Below are positions 26,619 through 41,038 of a stretch of DNA of 53,849 nucleotides, in pieces. The notes under the pieces were generated by a model. It was not told the origin of the DNA and searched no databases. It worked only from the letters and a program-made list of their open reading frames with translations. The translations under genes were made by a program, and so were the position numbers. The DNA is from Chromera velia (lineage: Eukaryota), in contig JAHBMJ010000151.1 in the NCBI GenBank assembly GCA_018398765.1, forward strand, positions 1 to 53,849, given 5' to 3'. The first letter of the stretch is position 1. Every line of letters starts with the position of its first letter.

Positions 26619-29600
26619 CAGAAAGAACAAAGAAAATGTAAATGTCCTTGGACGACCCTTCCCTCACTCAGGCTGCAAACCTGCATGTCCTCCTTGGAGA
26701 GCGGGAATCCGTTGGACAGGCACGCCTCCGGACCCTCACAGAGGAAGACGTGCACCGGCCCCGTGCACGCAGCTGCAGGCAGTCCGTTGGTGGACACAGT
26801 GAGGCCCATGTGGGGCCCTGCCTGTGCGTGGACGCTTGCGTGTGCAGTGCGCATGGAGCCCCCCCCCTCCTTGGAGACGAGCTTCAGGTCTGGGGACTTG
26901 GGGTCGGCAGTCACCCAGGAGGAAACCTTGAAGTGGACTGCATGCAGGAATTAATGCATGCACATGCAGAGGGAGGGAGGGGGGGAGGGAGCCTCGATCA
27001 TGCATGCAGGGAATGGAGCGAATTCACTCACGCGAATCGATCGATAAATGAATGAATGAACGCACGCACGCATGAATGAATTGAGTCAAAGAAATGACTT
27101 CGTGGTCCTATGTCCTTCATACCGCGCGGCCACCCATGCATGCAGTCGCAGTGAACGTTTTTTCATTCAACGACACGAAAGACTCGCAACAGAGGTAAAA
27201 GTGAGTCGTTCATCTATAAACAGCATGCTCATCCCTTCCTTCCTTCCTTTGCTTATGCCACTTCTCTGCATGCAGGCCGTGCACTTACTTCGCGGTCCCA
27301 TTTCATACCGCACGGCCACCCAGTCGCACCCCCAGGCATCAACTCCCGCCTCGACTGGAGCGACGACCGAGAGGCTTATGGGAATGAAGTCAAGTCTCGG
27401 GAGCTCGGACTGGCTCTGGAACACCTGCAGGCAGGCACGATCGATCGATTGATAAATGCATGAAGAATGAATGAGCTAGCTAGAAAGAAAAGAGAGTAAA
27501 GCTTTCATCAGTCAAGAAGTCTGCAGACAATCCAGAGATAAAATCCGCAAAGCAACGCGGATTCTTGCATCCACAACCAACCAACCAACCAACCAAAGAA
27601 ACAAACACCACCGGCCATCAATTTGTAACATGCATGCATGCACACGTGCGCACCTACCTGCACCACCCCAGCCCCGAGTCCCTTGACGGTGATGTCCTCG
27701 AGGCAGTCCTTCTCGTCACATACCCGAAGGTGGAAGGGACCTGCATGCACGCCCTCTTTTCTTGCATGCGTGTGTTAATTCAGCAAGACCACTTTCGCTT
27801 CTCGGATGGATCGCTTCTCGGAACAGAATGCATGAAGGAAGCATCGCATGGAAGCACCCGAAAGGCTGGCTGCATGAGGGGAAAAAGAGAGAGAGAATTA
27901 AGTAAGCAGCCTCACCTTCATGGCTGTCGGTGACTGGCTGCCTCAGCGAGGCTGGGGACTCGGCTTCACAGTCCAAACAAGATATCGAGAAAAACGGCGA
28001 GCGAAACGCAATCATGCAAATATAGACGCCAACTCATGTACTCATTTGTCCATTCATTCATGCCTTTACTCAAGCATGAGTAACGAAAGCTTTTGAGATC
28101 TCCCTTTCTCGCTCCCTCCCGTACATGCAGACCTGCGCTGGCTGCCTGTGGGAGGTCCAGGGTCTTCACCTCTACCGTGAGCTTCATGCCCTTCACCTGC
28201 AGTGGCGGATAGCGAAGAAGAAGGAATCATCTGTGATCCATCAGATACATTAATTAATTGTCGTAATATCATGCAGAATAATCGATCGATCGATCTCGAT
28301 TTTTGCATGTCATTGATCGGCGTCTTCGAAGATTCACATAGTAACGATGACGACATTCTCCTCTGATCGATGCACATGCATGGACCGAGGGGTCTGATAG
28401 AATCCTTGCATGATCATGCAGCCACGCATTTCTAAATACTCTGCGTCAAATCTGTGTATACATTTCTGAATTCGGAAAATCAGCTCGACGGCTGCGTATC
28501 AGGCCGACCACCGGGGCCTGCTGAATCGGGAGCCGGAGAACCGGAGAGCGGGCGGAGAAAAAGAGAAATGAAAGCGCTGTAAACGTTAAACTGACGCACG
28601 CATACTTGCATGATGGAAGCATGCAGACCGACCTTTAGGTACATCGACGGCTCGACGAACTCAGGCGGGTTCTCCATCGCCCGCGCCCTGTCTGCGATGT
28701 TCGCCACCATGCTGTCGGGTGCCATCCACCTGCATGCATGTGGAGTCATTTGATTGATCGAGGCATGCAGTTCGAGCTTGAACGTGCACGTTTCCGAGTG
28801 GCGACTTTATAGATATATTGAGTCGAAATACCGATCATCAGAAATGCCGCGTATGAATATTGTCATTGATCTCCAGCATTTTTCTCACTAAATAGGTTTC
28901 TGTACAGCCCCCGCGGGCTTTCCCCCCTTCCTGACAGGTAAGTCTTTCTGTCTGTCTTTCTATATCAGTCGAATCATCTAGATACGTATTCATTTGAACC
29001 CACTCACTCCCCCATCCACCCACCCGTTGGCCCAGAAGAGAGGACCCTCCGCATCTCTGGGCACGACCACCTGCCCTGCGTCGTTCGTCAGAGCCTCCGT
29101 CTGCATGAACACCTGCAGACACACAGACATACAGACTATATATATTAATAGACAGACAGACAGACAGGCGAACTCTAGGCTTCTCTTTTTTTCTTCCCTG
29201 GCTTTCCTCTTTAACAAGCAAAGCCAGGCAGGCAGGCAGACAGAGAGCCGGTACCCTACAAATCTTCACCATGCACTGCGATCATGCATGCATTTTGTGA
29301 AAGGATTGATCAAACTAGAGAAGTGAAGCCAGGCAGGCAGGCAGGCAGGCAGACAGAGACTCTCCCTGCTGCAGTAGAGGTTCGGTACTTCCGTCTGCTT
29401 TGTTTGCTTGTTTGTCTCTCTCTCATTTTTTCCATGCATGCATGCACATCTGTCTCTTGTGTTACACCTTTTCTCAACAAAAATTGATGAGGACGCATGA
29501 GCAGATTTAGCATCCAACCTGTATGGCCCCTGCCAGCCAGGGCTGCGTCCCCTCTCCGACTTCCAAGTTCACCCCCGACAGCCCCGCGTTCAGAGACGGC

Positions 29601-32600
29601 ACCTCCTTCGCATTCAACGAGACGGCCCGCATGGACTCCGCCCCGGGGGACCCGCTGGAAATCTGAGAACTGTCCAGGCCCTTCGCGGCCGCCACAAAGC
29701 GGAGGGCGTCCTCCTCGGAAAGCTTTCCGAAAAAGTCCTGCACGGCCCCTGGCTGGAGGTCGGTGAGTCGGATTGCGTCTTTCTCGTCAACGCAGGCGGC
29801 CTCGGAGGGCTTCGGGCAGAGGGAGAGGAAGACCGGACCCTCAGTCCCTGCATTTTCCTCCAGGCGGGTCGTCACCCGGATGGCGATGGGGACGCCCCCG
29901 CTCTGGAGCTGGTCCTTTTGCCTGATGAAGTTCCCGCTCTCCCGCTCCTCGTCCCCCTTCACGTCAGACGGCGACTTGGCGAAGCTGCCCTCCACGAAGA
30001 ACTTCTTGTGACTCGCGTCGGACACGGACACCGAGAGGGACTTTACATGCCACGCGTCCACGTCAGTGTTCAAGGTCACCAACGACCTGCACCAAATTTA
30101 CACATGCACCAACAGGTCTGCACACATGCACACGCGCACACACCCCATGCACACATCTGTACCTGCTGCATGATGCAAAATGAATCCCAAGTCTCGCTTC
30201 AATTAAGCATGCATGCAGCTGCATGATCGAGGACTTGAAAAAAGACGCGATGCCCTGCATGCAGTCTCGCGACATTTCTGCAAGAAACCCTTGCGCCATG
30301 CCCCTGCAGACCTCCCTTGCCTAAGCTGACTTACTTCTCTGAAGAGTCTGCAAGGAGGGATGACGGATCCCCTCCCAGAACTGCCACTTGGGTCTCCAGC
30401 AGGGAGAGGTGCGGGTGTGTGTGCGCGATGAGGGAGGCGTTCAAGGTAGATATGCCCTCCACCTTCTGGGACGACTCCGCAAGAAGAGTCGTTGCGGGGG
30501 CGGGGGAGGGGGAGGGAATTGCCTGCGGAGAGGGCTGCTGGCCGATCACCGCGAGCGGGTCACCCACTGCCTCAACCTGCAATTAAAGAAAAACAAAATG
30601 AGTATACACACACATACACACACACGCGGGCAGATGTCTCGTTTTTGACATTCGCAGAAAACTTCGATCGGCGTTTTTTTTTTACGATCAGGTAAACACC
30701 ACCAAGCCCCTTTAGCCTCAGGAGTGGAGTCGGGGGAGGTAGGGGTGCCGGAGATTCAAATTCGATCCAGCCCTCTAGCTGCACGTCGATCGATCAATCG
30801 AGAGGACCGAATTAAGCAAAGCAAAAAAGGGAGGGAGGGCATGTTCAGTGAGTGAGAATTAAGGGAACTCACTCGCCCCAGCGCGCGCTTCGGGAAGACC
30901 GGTCAGCAAGAGACTTATTCAAATCAGATTTCAGTGAAGCAGATTTCCCACTTAATTTCTTTGCCCACCTTGACCTCCGAGAGGATCCACACCTTCCCCT
31001 TCTCGCTGTCGTCTATCCCCTTCACGGTCCCCCAGAACTCCTGCAGACCCCCCCTCTTCGGAGCAGCCACGCGCACGAAGCCGAAGTCCTCCGCGCTCTC
31101 GCAGTCCTGCGGTCGCATGCCGGCCTGCCGCTCTGCCTCCTCCTTCGTGAGACCGGAGGCGTCAACCACGGATCCACAAAAGGTCAAAATGAATGTGCTC
31201 GCAGAACCCGCACTCGGATAGTCGGCCTGCATGCGCTCAAATTAAATTTTCTTTCTTCATGCACAAGTATGGGAAGAATAAGTCAAACTACCACACGCAT
31301 GCAATGACTGCACTCACATTTCTTTCATGTTGTGGAAAGAAGAAATCGAAGTAACTCCTAGTCTGGCTGGAGAATTTTGTTGAAGCGGGCGTCGGCATGC
31401 ATGGATTTTTTCCAGCTAGCACCGGAATTCCCCATGCTTGCGCCACCGATGTTCAAGGCCCCGCGCGTCTATACGCATGAGCAGTCGTGGATGCTTTTTC
31501 GGCGAAACGTGCAGAGACGCAAAGCAATTCACGTGCCTGCCTAGCTTGTTCTGCACGTGCATACTTCCCTCTTTCTTCTCACTGGTTGATCAAGGGATCA
31601 TTTCGGCGTGCATGCAAGACAAAATCAATCAATCAATCCGCGTAGGTACTGACCGTGACTGCCTTGACGGACACGCTCTTCCGGGGCTTCAGCTCTGCCG
31701 TGTCGTCCCGCTTGAGGACGAACGCGGGCGTGGAGGGTCCGAACGACGCAGCCGCAGCCCCCTGCATGCATGCAGCCATCAAGTCGGGGTGCAACCTGGC
31801 TTATTCGCAGATACTGGGGAAAGTTCAGGCACAAGTTCACGCATGGGGAATATGTATATACAGAAGGGGGAGAAGAGAAGAAGCCAAGGGAAAAGGGAGG
31901 GTGGACCGTCTCTCTACTCAGAGACGCAATTCAGATACATCGACAAATCAAATAAGTGCAACTGCATGCATGAAGACGAGAGGTACCTGGATGTGGATGC
32001 GTGCCCAGTCGAACAGACAGGGGTCGGGTCCCTTGTTGGTCAGCTTCACGTGGGTGAGGGTGAAGTCAGAGCCCACGCTTTCGAAGTTTGCGCTCACCTG
32101 CATGCGCACGTGTGTGTGTGTGTAAGTGAGCATTCAAGACCGAACGTCAAGGCAGGCCATTACTGAGACAGCTTCTTTTTTCGCGTGAGCTTTCCACCGA
32201 ACCAAAGGAGCTCCGATCGAAGTTCCGTTTTCATGGGAAGAGCTGACTCAGCCGGTCCTGTTCTGCATGTGTGCGCCTCGCAGGCAGACAGAACTCGTTT
32301 TGCTGCGCTGTACAAGGCTGCTTGACAAAGAAAAACAAAGCACTCACTGTGAGACGTCCTCTCGCTTCATCAGGAAGTGTCAGTCCTTTCTCACCCATCT
32401 ACCCGACATGCAACAGAGTGCCATGCATGCAGTAGCTCTGTGCGTTCTCCACCATGCATAGTTAGAAAGAAAAAAAGAGGATGGTGAAAAACCACTCCGG
32501 ACTGCAGCGTTAATTCTGACCTGCGCGAAAGAGGCCGACGAGCTCTGTGCGCTTTGCACGGGGTCTATGAAGGTGGCGGTTTCGGTCGAGCAGACATCCG

Positions 32601-35600
32601 TCTCCTTGCCCATCTTGTCTCTCTTCTTCCCACACGGAACCATCTCGATAGGCCCTGGGCAGTTCTCCTTGCCCCCTGAATGTACGCGCACAAACAGAAA
32701 GAATTCAAAGGGAGAGAGAGAGGGCAGTTCTCCTTGCCCGCTAAATGTACGCGCACAAACAGGAGGAATTCAAAGGGAGAGAGAGAGGGTTGTTCTCCTT
32801 GCCCCCTGAATGTACGCGCGCGCACAAACAGAAAGAATTCAGAGGGAGAGAGAGAGGGAAGTTCTCCTTGCCCCGTGAATGTACGACTCTGATTCGGCCA
32901 AAGAGAGAAAACTTAATTCTCCCAGCAGAGACATGCAGATCCACAGAACCTTCCATGCAGAGATCCATCTCGGTCGATGCATGGCCATGCTACCACACCC
33001 TATCTTACTGCGAGAGGGAGGTAGAAAAAAACAGAGATATTCGCCGATTCGTGAATATCTGGGTAAACAATTAAGGTGGAAAACGGGTACTGCAGCTAAG
33101 GAGAGAATGGAAAACATCATGCATGCATGTAGGGAGTTCACGTAGTACCTACCGATCGAGACGGCGGGAGCGAGGAAGGAGGCAGACGAGGCACCGGACC
33201 GGGCCAGCAGGATGGAGCTCAGCACGAAGTTCGGCTCTCCCACGTACCTGTACGAATGCATGCATGTGCATATGCAACGAAAGAAGAAAGAAAGTTTCAA
33301 CACGTGCAAGCACGAAAGGACTTCTGCCGACAGGCCCTGCATGGGGGGCAAACACATGAAGCTCATCCCTCAATTTTTTGTACATGCAGATCCTATCGAT
33401 GGTGTCTTGGTGGGTACTGACACATGCAAAGGAAGGAGTCCTCGTGCATCACCTAGCTGCATGCCATCACATGCATGTGGATGCTAACAGCGGATATCCC
33501 CTTCTCCCCTCCATTCCTCGCTGTGACTGCTGCTGACCGTTCGGTGACAGGAGCATCAGGGTCATTCATTCCTGTCATCACGGGGTTGTCCAGCCAGCCG
33601 TCCATCTCGAGCTCCAGGGACTCATCTCCCATCTTGGCTCGGACCTTGCTTCCAAACCACCCGTCCCCTTCGCCCTCCATGGTCATCTGCATGCACCCAT
33701 GCATGCAGAAAGCATAATTAATATTCAGCGTTTAATTCTCCGACAATTAAGCTTTGCACGCAGGGATTCCTTTCTGCATGCATGCACGTGAAATTCGTCA
33801 CCGGAATTCCCGGATGCGTGCACAGTGCTCAGCATTTCTCTGATCAGTTTTGCAGCGATGCTTATATATGCTGCATGTATGTGCCCAGAAAGGACCGCTG
33901 CATGGCCCCTTTGCGCTCCGTGTAAGGCCTGCATGGGGACGCTGAGGAAACTGCATGCCTTCAAATCGTTATCTTCACTGCATGAAGCTTTGAATTCCCA
34001 TTCTTCATTCAAAAACTGACAGGCATCTAAGAAAGCGCTAATCGGTCCACATGCAGCCATGCAGCCCCAGAATTAAAAGAAGACCCATGCACTTACCCGG
34101 ACGGCCCTCAGTCTGAACCCGCTCTGGTCGAGGAGGTTGACGGGCACCCCGAGGAAAGTCTGCGTCTCCCCCGCCCGGAGATCCCTCAGCGTTACTCCCC
34201 CGTGCAAGCACTTCGACCCCGTCTCGCAGAAGAGAACCTCCACAGGCCCTTTGGAGGAACACGCCAGAGAGTCCGCGCGGGTCGTCACCGTGACGGTCAT
34301 CAAAGAGCTCTTTTCGAGACGTCTCCTCTTCACTGCGAAGTCTGAGTCCGCAGGCACGGCTGGTTCTTCGATCGCCCCCGCGGCTGCCAAAACTGCCTCT
34401 CTGGAGTCGGGTCCGAAGGGGGTGAACCACCCGTTGGCGTAGGCCATCAATGTGTCGGAGGCCCAGACCTCTTCCATGTCACTCTCGAGGAGGCTGTAAG
34501 GGTCGCGTGTGTGCGGCAGTACCTGCACGTTGGTGTTTATTTAATCGAGGGCTTGACGGTCGGTCTGTTCATCGTGAAGATGCGATCCTAATTGAATGAA
34601 CCTCTGAGCAGCATGCACTGGAGGCGCACTATGAATCTGTATGTGCAACAGAATGTCGCTTCGGAGACTCCAGTTAGCTCGGTAAGGCTTTGAAAGATCC
34701 AGCAATGCACTTGAATCCAGGGCCCCGTCCCATGCATGCTCTGGGCCTACCTACCTGCACAGCGACCTGCTTGACGAAGAGAGGTGCGACGTATGCATTT
34801 GCTTTCATGCAGAAAAAGAATTCTGTATGAAAAAGAATTCTGTATGAAAGCAAATGCACCCACCTGCACAGCGACGTGCTTGACGAAGAGAGGTGCGACG
34901 TTGTCTGTGTCCACGGAGAGCTCTACCCCCTCCAGGCCGCTGAGAACCTCCACGGCGACATCCTTGGGTGTGGGGGGCACAAGGGGGTTACCCTTGGGGG
35001 GCAGAAGGTTGAGGGGGCAGGCAACCGTTAGAGGTCGGGAGTCCCGGCCCTTGAGGTGGAAGATATCAATGGAGTCTGAGTTGCAGACCTTCGGGTCGTC
35101 GCAGAGATTCACCCTGAGGGGGGAGGTCTTCGGAGTCTCTGACCCGTCTTCCTTCTTCTCAGAGGACGACTTCGGTTTCTTTGCCTCCTCCTTCTTCTCC
35201 TTTTCCTTCTCCCTCGCGGCTGCCTTCTTCCTCCTCTCCTTCGCATTGCTCTCTAGCTCCAGAAGCTCAGGGGGCGCCTCGCGGTCTTCGGCCCTGCATG
35301 CATGTCGCTCGGCAGCGAGGAAGGGAGAAATGAAGTAAGGACGGAAGAAAGGAAGGAAGGACGGATGGGAGGAAGGAAGGACGGATGGGAGGAAGAAAGG
35401 AAGTCCGTCAAGATATCAATACACGTCGTACCTATCTGCTGTTGGCAAATGAAGACACCCGGCCAACAGTTCATAGCGAAAAGGCATGCGGCCAGTAAGT
35501 GATACCGCATGGAGATGGTGCTCTTCTCACAGGAATCTCAGCAATTAAGAGAGAAAGAAGCAGAGCAACTGACTGACGCACGCAATCTGCACGAGTGCGA

Positions 35601-38600
35601 TGGGGAGTTCCTGGAGGAACGCGAAAGCCTTCCTCATGCAGACCACGTTGGTGTCCGATCCGGGGGGACTCTTGGTGTCTGCAGCTTTGTTGCGCACCTG
35701 CAGTGCATGCATGCGTCCAATCGAACAAGGGGCATGTAACCGAAGAGGAGGGGTGAAACAACAGAATTCAATCGAAACATCCAAAGCGTACCGCAAGAAT
35801 GATGTGAATGAAAGAAAAAAATGAAAAATCGATCAGTGAGCCTATGAGGGCCGTCTCTTGCAAGGTTGATGCCTGAATGCATGCACTCGTTTGTTGCGGA
35901 CCTGCACTACGTTCAATCAACAGACGAGAGCACAATCTGTTGTGTTGAAGTACAATTAGACGTTTCCAAGCTGCAAACAGAATCTCCTCTAAGGACGTGC
36001 GCCTGCCTGCCGGGACCGTCTTCTTTACACCATGTTCACAGTGCTTCGAGCAGTGCATGCATGTGTGTGCAAATTTAATCTGAGATGAGTAAATAAAAAA
36101 GTTGTTCCAAACAATTGAACTTCATTCATTTGTGGCGCACCTGAATCTGCTGCGCCGCGTCTCCCGATACCGTCTCCTCCTTTTCGACTGCGAATTTGGC
36201 GAACCAACCGTTGACGGCGTGGAGGGTCACGGATTTGATCTCCTGCAACAGCCATGCATGCAGGATACAGGTAGGTCTGGAGATAGCCAGCGATGAAAGA
36301 AAGACGCCCGCTCCCTCTCCCTCTTTCTCCGTCTCCCCCTCGTCACGGATAGTTCTTTATGACCACATGCACTTGCACCCAAAGAGAACTCGCTGCCACA
36401 ATTCGCTCTCTGTATGGCATGGGTCCAGCGAATGCATGCACCGATCTGATTTCCGAAGTGGGGAAAAGACCCAAAACAGCTCAGTCGCCACACACCAACT
36501 CTGCCATCCTCGATCGGAAAGTCTTACCGTGCTTTCATCGGCAGGCTCTTCAGAGAAGTTTGTGCAATCCCCTCTGGCCAGGTGCATCTTCGCTCTACCA
36601 TACAAGGTCGGTCTATACATACACACACACGAACTAAGAAAACCGACCCCCCCATGCTGATCGACCCACCTCCTCGTCTTTCTCGATGATACCCTTCATG
36701 GCGACCACCAGCCACCCATCGTCCGTCTCCGCTTCCACTCGGAGGCCCACCAGGTCGAACACTTGGGCGGCTGAGATAGCGAACACCTCCAGCGGGAGCT
36801 TCACTGCATGCAGACACGAATGAGAATTCACTCAGTTCATGGATGCACCGTCTGTTTTTGTTTTGTGGTTGCTCTGGTGTCAGAAACTAAGCACTCACTA
36901 TACCATTCAGCGAAAATGGATGTCAATTGAAAGGAGCGATTCACTGCGCCGATTTGTTTCGGTTTTCTCCCTCCCGGCCGTTTTCAACAAAAAGAAAAAA
37001 CAAAGCATCGATCAGACCCGAGAAGAGCTCCTTCTACATGACCCTGAAAGTTTACGTCTAGCAGCAGAGTGGCTGTCGGGAAGAATTAAGGCTGTGAAAC
37101 CGTCTAAAACGAAACCCCGTCCAAAAGAAAGAAGGCTGTGAAACCAATTAACGAAAAAGCATCATCCAAGTTGGCCAATCCACAGAAGCTCGCTAAGTTC
37201 TTTTCTTTCCCCGTCTGACCGTCGAAGGTCTGCGTGGTGCCAGAGACCAGGTCCTTGAGGACGACGGGGGTGTCGATGCAGTCTCTACGGAGGGGGCCTG
37301 TATGCATTCAGGGTCGGTCGATCGATCGAATTTATTAGTTTAACCTGACTGACTGACTGACTGACTGACTGACTGACTGGCTGGCTGGCTGACTGACTGA
37401 CTGACTCAATGAATGAAGAGATCAGGAAGACCATGCAATAATCCCCACTTTTTGTTCGTTAGTTCGGGCGCTACAAGCTCGAAAGACCGCAGACATGCTC
37501 GAAGGGAAAATACCACAGAGCGTCGGCCGGCTCTGTAAACAAAACCAAAAGGGGGAATCATGCAAGAATTTTGAAGAGAAACAAAAGAAGCCCCACCAGA
37601 GCACAAGAAGACGTTGAAGGGCCCAGCAGATCCACTCGACTCGTCCCCCGTCTCTGCAGTCCGCACGGTCACCTTCAGCGTCACGGGGGCCTCTACCCTG
37701 CAAGAAAAGGCGGAAGGAAGGAAGGAAGGAAGGAAGGACGGAAGGAAGGAAGGAAGGAAGAAAGGAAGGACGGAAGAAAGGAAGGAAGGAACAAAGGAAC
37801 GAAGGAAGGAAGGAAGGGAGGAAGGAAAAAAGCACCAGGAAAAAAAGAAAAAGCAGACAAGCAACAGAGAGAAACGGTAAATTCACCCCATATTAATCGT
37901 TACACAGACACGCACCATACCACAACTTATGAATCAACAGAGACATGCAGAAGAAAATCCACAGCGATCGAGGAAAAACTCACGTCTACACGGCCGGCCT
38001 CTCTTCCGCAAGGCCACTGGAGAGGGCCAACGCGATCAAGGCGGACTCATGTATGCATTCATCGATTGCGCAACAAAAAAATGAAGTTTCTGTTCACGGA
38101 TCGCTTCTCTCTTTCTAATCACTTCGATCATGAACTACGAGCTCTCTGGATCCCGCCGCCCTCAGAGACGCCCAGCCTAGCTCTAGAGCTGTTGGAGGGC
38201 AGAAGGACGACACAGTTTCATTGGCCTGCATGGGAATGAATGAACAGATTGACCATCGATGAAAAGGAACTCGTTTGTCTTTCGTATGCACGCACAAACA
38301 AAGACCGACCGGTAAGCAGAGACTGCCAGGGCGCCACCGCACGCCACTCCCGCTTCACTGGGGCAACTCAAGTGGCACTCTGCAGAGAGAGAGTCACTCA
38401 AGGAATCACGGATGTAAAAATACCTGTAATTTTATGCAGCAGAAGGGGGGCGGGGGCGCTATTTCATTTTCTTTTATTTCCGGTACCTTTGAGGCCGGCA
38501 GGCGGGGGTGACTGTTATTCGTCGTTTTCGTTTTTTGCAAAACGTTCTCTCTTTTTTCAAAGGCGCGTTTCAGGGCTGCAGGCATGCAGGGGAGACTGCT

Positions 38601-40279
38601 TGAACTGCTTACTGAGGAAGAGAGACTACTGATCAGGGGAAGACTACTGGAAAAAGAGCATGCACCCCATGAAGACAACTGCTTACTCTCTTGAAGTCTA
38701 TGCAAGAGCATGCAGATTTGCTTACGTTCTCTCCCGAGATAGACAAGACAATCTAACAAGCGGACGCTCATTCAAATCCCTTCAACGGCACCCCCCAGTG
38801 ACGAATTGAGTGCATCTTAGAGTTCTCCCCTTCCACTGATGAATTTGGGGCAGGGCAGTGAATGAGTGCATCAACCAAGAACAGAAAAAATCAGCTGACG
38901 TTCCTCGTCGACAGGATCCCCCAGGGACGAGTAGCAGGAGCACTCCCCCTTCTTCCCCAGGCCGAAGTAGGCGCTCCCGTAGCTGCTGCAGAACTCGGAG
39001 CAGAGCTTCGGAGTGCCGGCGTCCCCCGAGGCTTCTTGGATCGGCTTCTGGTTGGTGTCCTTGTCAAGCAGCGTGGCGGCGCTCAAGGCGGAGAGGCAGC
39101 CGTGGTAGAGGAAGTCGGTGCTTGGCTCTGCAACCACAATTAATGCTTGAGTATACTTGTATGGATTTAACAGCTAGTACCATTCTATAAGAGAGAGAGG
39201 GAGGGAGAGAGAGATTTCTGCAAGTTTTGCCCCTTCAAGTTGGTGTGATGTTTGTTTCTTTTTTTTTTTTAATATCCTCACTCAAGTATTATTTGATTTG
39301 CTGGGAATAACTCACAGAGAAAGGCAGAAGGCACGCAAATCTCTCCAAGCGGTTCTCTAACGTCTGCGTGCCTGGCTCCATTGTCAATGACGTTGCTTAA
39401 GTATCGTCGATCTGTTCACTGATTTATGCGGCATGGACAAAAACGTCATGCGTGGACCATTCATTCAGATTTCATTCAGGCCCATCCATGTACACGACCC
39501 TACAACACCCCACCCGGCTTTTCAGCGTCCTCCTCCCTGACAACGTAGACGCTGGTCTTCTCCTTGCCCCCACAGGTCGACACGGAGGAGGTCGGGCACG
39601 CAGAGTGACACTCGAAGTTCGACACCTGCCCGTGCTTGCCGTAGGAGTCCCCGCACCTGCTCACAGGAACACGTGTACACATGCATGGATGTATGTATCC
39701 TCTGTAAACGTACAGACAGACAGACCGATATATGGTCAAACAAAGGATCAACCAAGAGCAAACGGAAGTTGAGTAAACAAGCTCAAAATACTGCCATTTT
39801 TCTTTTTAAAAATCAATTCCACAATAGAGAAGTTTTTCTCTGGCGTGTTAGTTGGCTGTCTCCGGTGACAAGACAAACACCAGTCTGGAGTCACTAGACC
39901 ACATGCAAGAGATAATACACAGTACGTAGAGCTCGAACATGGGGTTGCTTGAGTGAAACCACTCACACGCAGGTACGCCCCCCCGCAAGGCCGAAGTATG
40001 GGATGCCTGTAGTGTCATACAAATTCAAAATGAACACACGTAGGGAACAAACGCACGCAACCACTGACGTGCAGGTGTGCCCGCCTGTGAGACCGAAGTA
40101 CAGGGTCTTCTTGGAGGCGCAGAAGAGCTGGCATCCCTCAGCGTCGAGGGCCGACGTATCCGTGGAGGCGAATAGCCCGAGTGAGAGGTCCTTGGCGTCA
40201 GGCTCGTTGAAGCACCCCACGAAGCCGAAGGAGGGGTCCGCTCTGGCCCTCTCGTAGACGGACATCTCTCCCCACGGGC

Positions 40280-40317
<38 letters not shown>

Positions 40318-40344
40318 GAACACACACACCCACACACACACCCA

Positions 40345-40383
<39 letters not shown>

Positions 40384-41001
40384 CCGCAGAGAAAAAATCC
40401 GAACATGGAGAGACAAAACAAACGTTTCTTCCTCGCTAACTCACTAATTGAGCTTTTGTGGAATGAGGGGAGGGAGACAGAAAAGACTGAGGCAAACAGA
40501 CAGAACGGCATGACAGAGAATCGAAGAGCAGAAGAACAATCAGAGAGAAGCGGAGAAACTTTCTTTCTCTCTCTCTCTCTCTCACACGCAGAGTGTGGGG
40601 TGGGGGGAAAGAAGAGAGAGAGACGAACCTCCACAGGAGACGAGGGGGTCGTCTCGGCATCTGGCGATGCATGAGTCCCTGCATGCGTTCATGCATTTGT
40701 TCATTTGTGTGAATTAATTGTGCATGTATGTAATGTCTGTCTGTCTGTGTGTCTGTCTGTATGTATGTATGTATGTCTTCTCTCTCTCTCTCTCTCTCTC
40801 TGCTATGCATGTGTTTGTGCGTGTAAGTGTGTGTGCATGTATACATGTAGGAAGGTGTGCACCTATGTATGTGTGTGTGTGTGGCATGCATCTATAAATC
40901 TGTATGGATCCAATGAAAAGGAAGAACAATGTTATGCATGACACACAAACAAGCATCAGCATTGGATCATTTTGTCATGATGACAAAGACACTCACTTGG
41001 A

Positions 41002-41038
<37 letters not shown>

